This document shows positions 60,926 to 64,000 of a stretch of 64,000 nucleotides of DNA, piece by piece. Within the stretch, counting starts at the first letter, position 1, and each line of letters opens with the position of its first letter. Source of the stretch: Podarcis liolepis. Lineage: Eukaryota. The translations under genes and the position numbers were made by a program. Under the pieces are notes generated by a model. The model had not been told where the DNA came from, did not search any database, and worked only from the letters and a program-made list of their open reading frames with translations. Location: assembly GCA_965112155.1 (NCBI GenBank), contig OZ218112.1, one strand, 5' to 3'.

Positions 60926-62347
60926 ATATCAGGCTCTGCAAAGCTGGCATTCCCAGAGCAAAATTTGTACTCCAAGAGCTGTGACAGCGGCAAATTCAAA
61001 AGGAAGATACTATGCAAATGTGAAATGTAAGCAACATCTTTGCCGACTTACCATGGAAGCAGTCCTCAGTAAGAAATACCCATAGGCTTGTTTAGAAGCA
61101 TTCCCTTCTCCCCAGCTGGTCTCTAACACTCCTAGGAACAGTGCTAGGAACACAGGAGATCTGCAAACAACATCAAGAGAAGGAATGGATTAAGAACAAA
61201 TAATGCAAAGGCTTGGGTGGGTGAAGCAACATGAGAGAGATCAGCACAGTGGAACAAAAGCAGTTTGCAATTAGTGACTGCTTCAAGCAAAGAGGCAAAG
61301 CCCCAGCTCCATGATAACAGAATCTGTGATCTTCTCATTCTAACTACTAAAACACTCACTTGGTGTGTTGATTTGTTTAGGTTAGAAAGCAGACAAAGAG
61401 AATCAAACATAAAAGCCTCAGTAGTGAGCCTTCTTTGGGCAGAAATGGGCATGATGGTATGCCACTGAAAATGGCAGCCCTGTGTTGGGTTCTCCCTCTC
61501 TTCATGTAGAATAGGTGCCATGGACTGGAAAGACATGCACGCAGGCACAGTCTCCAATTGCTTGGAACAAGCCCTGGAAAGGAGGGGACTTAGCTAAGGG
61601 GAGGTGGGGACTTTCAGTTTTGGAGTCAGACCCACTCCATTTAATGGAGTCAGACCCACAGGGAATGAGCTGCTGTGCTCATTAGACCTGATGCTCAGCC
61701 AAGTCTGATTGTGTTTTTGCTGTTGAGGAGTAAATTCCAACTTTGAACTATGCGTGATTTACTGACTGACACACTGTGACAGTAGACTGATCCAGGTTGT
61801 GAAATCAAGACATGGTGCCTTTTTTAACACTCCACATTGCTGGTGTTGTGACCTGCCACCTGTGCTGCTTACTTGCTTACCTGCCTGCTCTGTCATCACC
61901 CTGAAGTTGCTGCGGCCACCTATTGGCAGACATGTGAACTACAGCATGGCAGCCTTACAACAGCAGGATAAGGTGGTATAGACATACTTTTATAAATAAA
62001 CAATGCACTTAAGGTTGTGAACTGAAGCCTGGTGTCAGAGCATGGGAAGCTGGCATGTTCAGACACTGTGGGTTAAAGACACAATTCTGTCATATACACA
62101 AGATCTGCTCTCAGGAATCTACATATCCTACATTTCATACTCTCCCAAAATTCTGAATTCTATCATACACAAATTAAACACATGCTCACTTTGCAGTTCC
62201 CATTAGCATGACGAGAGAAAGCAGAGGACTGCATATGATGTTTTAAGTGCATTATAGAAATGTGACACTAGATGTTGATGGTGAGCTTATGACAAATTCA
62301 TTTTCATAGCTTTTTTATGTGTCTAGATTCCACCATAATCAGCCATC

Positions 62348-62415
62348 ATTGCAGGGGTTGGACTAGATGACCCTTTGGGGTCCCTTCCAACTCTACAATT
62401 CTATGAGACTATGAA
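62348..62415 (+). mobile_element. CR1 extreme 3' end
   Basis: GGGGGTTGGACTAGATGACC...GGTCCCTTCCAACTCTACAATTCTATGA. Confidence 0.8.
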
Positions 62416-63195
62416 AGGGGGAGTACCATTGTACTCAGGTCCTTGCTGGGGGATTCCCATGCCTTTGGTTGACCACTGTGGGAATTAACTAGATAGGGTT
62501 TAGTCTGACTCAACGGAGCTCTTCTGGTGTCTTTAAATGGCAGCAAGAAGCAAGTAAGGGTCTCAGGGGTCAGTGCTAAGGCAGTTAAGGCAGAGAACAG
62601 ATAGAGGGCTTCTCAGAAAGGCCACTGTTGCCTAGGCAAAGTTCCAGTCTGAGCAGGAGGCCCTTGTAGTCCTTTCTGTTAAGGAGAGCCAGTGGCTGAC
62701 CTGGATGGACGTAGTCACTCCAATACCTGGAAACCCTTCCACTATCCAGGCAGATGTTCCAACTTGCAGGCAGGTATAATGCCTCGCCACACAGGGCACT
62801 CGAGGAGGGAGATTCAGACTTCCCAGTTCTTCCAGCAGCTTTGGACAGCTGCTATCTTTGGAAATAAATCAGAATTTGCAAAGCTGAATTTCTCACAGCA
62901 CCATTTAACGAACCAGACACTAAATTCTGTGTGCGGTGTGAGAATGGCCACAAGAAATACATGCAACCCTCTCTGCAGCCCATGAAAACACTTCTTAGTT
63001 CTGAATGTATTTTATTTCCTCAATAACCTGGGGAGTTCAAGGCATCACTTTTGTTTTATGGAGGAGTAGTTCAAGTACAGATGTAATGTTTGAGAGATCT
63101 ATTCAGATAGTGGGATACAAAGCTGAGCTCCAGTTTAAATGCAGCCCTCTTAGCTTAAAAATGGAAAGGAAGAAAAAAGAAACCTAGCACCTTAC

Positions 63196-63253
63196 CTAGG
63201 GCTGCTATATTTAAAAGGGGTGTGTGAGAGAAAGATTTGGGGATGTTTTGTTC
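63196..63253 (-). other. Candidate 58-nt exon (or 3' end of a first exon) of a minus-strand transcript
   Basis: Acceptor ggcccccctctttacag|G; donor CCTAG|gtaagg. Confidence 0.4.
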
Positions 63254-64000
63254 CTGTAAAGAGGGGGGCCTGCATTCCTGATTCTCCCATTGTGGAAACC
63301 AAAATATGAAAAGGCAGCTCTTGAAATCCCAATTATTTAGCCCATTGGGCTTATTGGTGGGAGAAACAGAAGAAACATAAATGGCAATTGTGAATTATAA
63401 AGCAGCAAGGGCTTGTTTATTGTTAGAAGGGGGGGTGCTACCTCCTCAAAGTAAAATGCATTTGCCAATTTTTACTGTGTATGAAAATAAAAAACAGGTT
63501 TAAAGGAGGGAGACAGAGCAAGAGAGAAAGAGAGCAATAAACCAAAAGTGCCTAATTATTTATACAAGCATCTTAATAAAAACGAGGAAACCTGCAGAGT
63601 AACTTTCTGTGTCGATTGATAAAGCTGGCTCCCACCCTCCAAAAAAGAGGAACTACACCAGGTGCCCTAATTAACAATCCCGGAGAGGATTTCTGCGCAC
63701 AAACATAGACAGACACGGCTTTATGAACACCTTTTGCACTCCTATGCTGTGTACTCCCATTAACCCTCTGTGCTGCTCTATTTACAAGTCATTTCCACTG
63801 TGCATATTTCCCAATGCCTCGGAGAGCAGGCGCAGCTGTAATGCAGCACTCAGAGGCAAAATAACTGCTAACTGAATGCAGGGCTGGGTGGATAAATTCT
63901 TCTTTGGGGAACTTCCTCCTGTCCCACTATGTCTTCCAGTGAGAGAAGGAGGGTGCAGAAGGGTGTGGAAAGCAGGCTGCTTCTACTCAAGCAGGCTACA

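Noticed and set aside
1-64000. CRISPR arrays, prokaryotic operons, rRNA genes
   Set aside because: Sequence is vertebrate; no regularly spaced repeats or rRNA-like segments seen.

Overview
Vertebrate genomic DNA, most likely from a lacertid lizard (inferred from several Sauria SINE copies with (ACCTTT)n tails plus a squamate-type mix of CR1, L2, RTE, hAT and Tc1/mariner repeats). It reads as a repeat-rich intronic or 5'-UTR region. I see no intact protein-coding gene, and nearly all supplied ORFs look like chance ORFs. Recognisable coding remnants are a frameshifted hAT transposase (minus strand, 1-1649, element end at 3839), a 5'-truncated but frame-intact C2H2 zinc-finger retrocopy (4703-5023, missed by the ORF track), and RTE/L2 reverse-transcriptase fragments. 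A chain of well-formed minus-strand splice signals (63.2k, 58.7k, 58.0k, 23.1k, 21.0k), a near-consensus REST/NRSF site and repeat-poor blocks suggest the 5' non-coding part of a large, possibly neuronal gene that I cannot name. The most unusual items are the ZNF retrocopy, a chimeric SINE-unique-SINE insertion inside one target-site duplication (TSD), a perfect 19-bp hairpin carrying a miR-141/200a-type seed, and MITEs carrying telomeric hexamers, CCAAT arrays or a CpG island. None of these demonstrates a new biological system; all are candidates to test.
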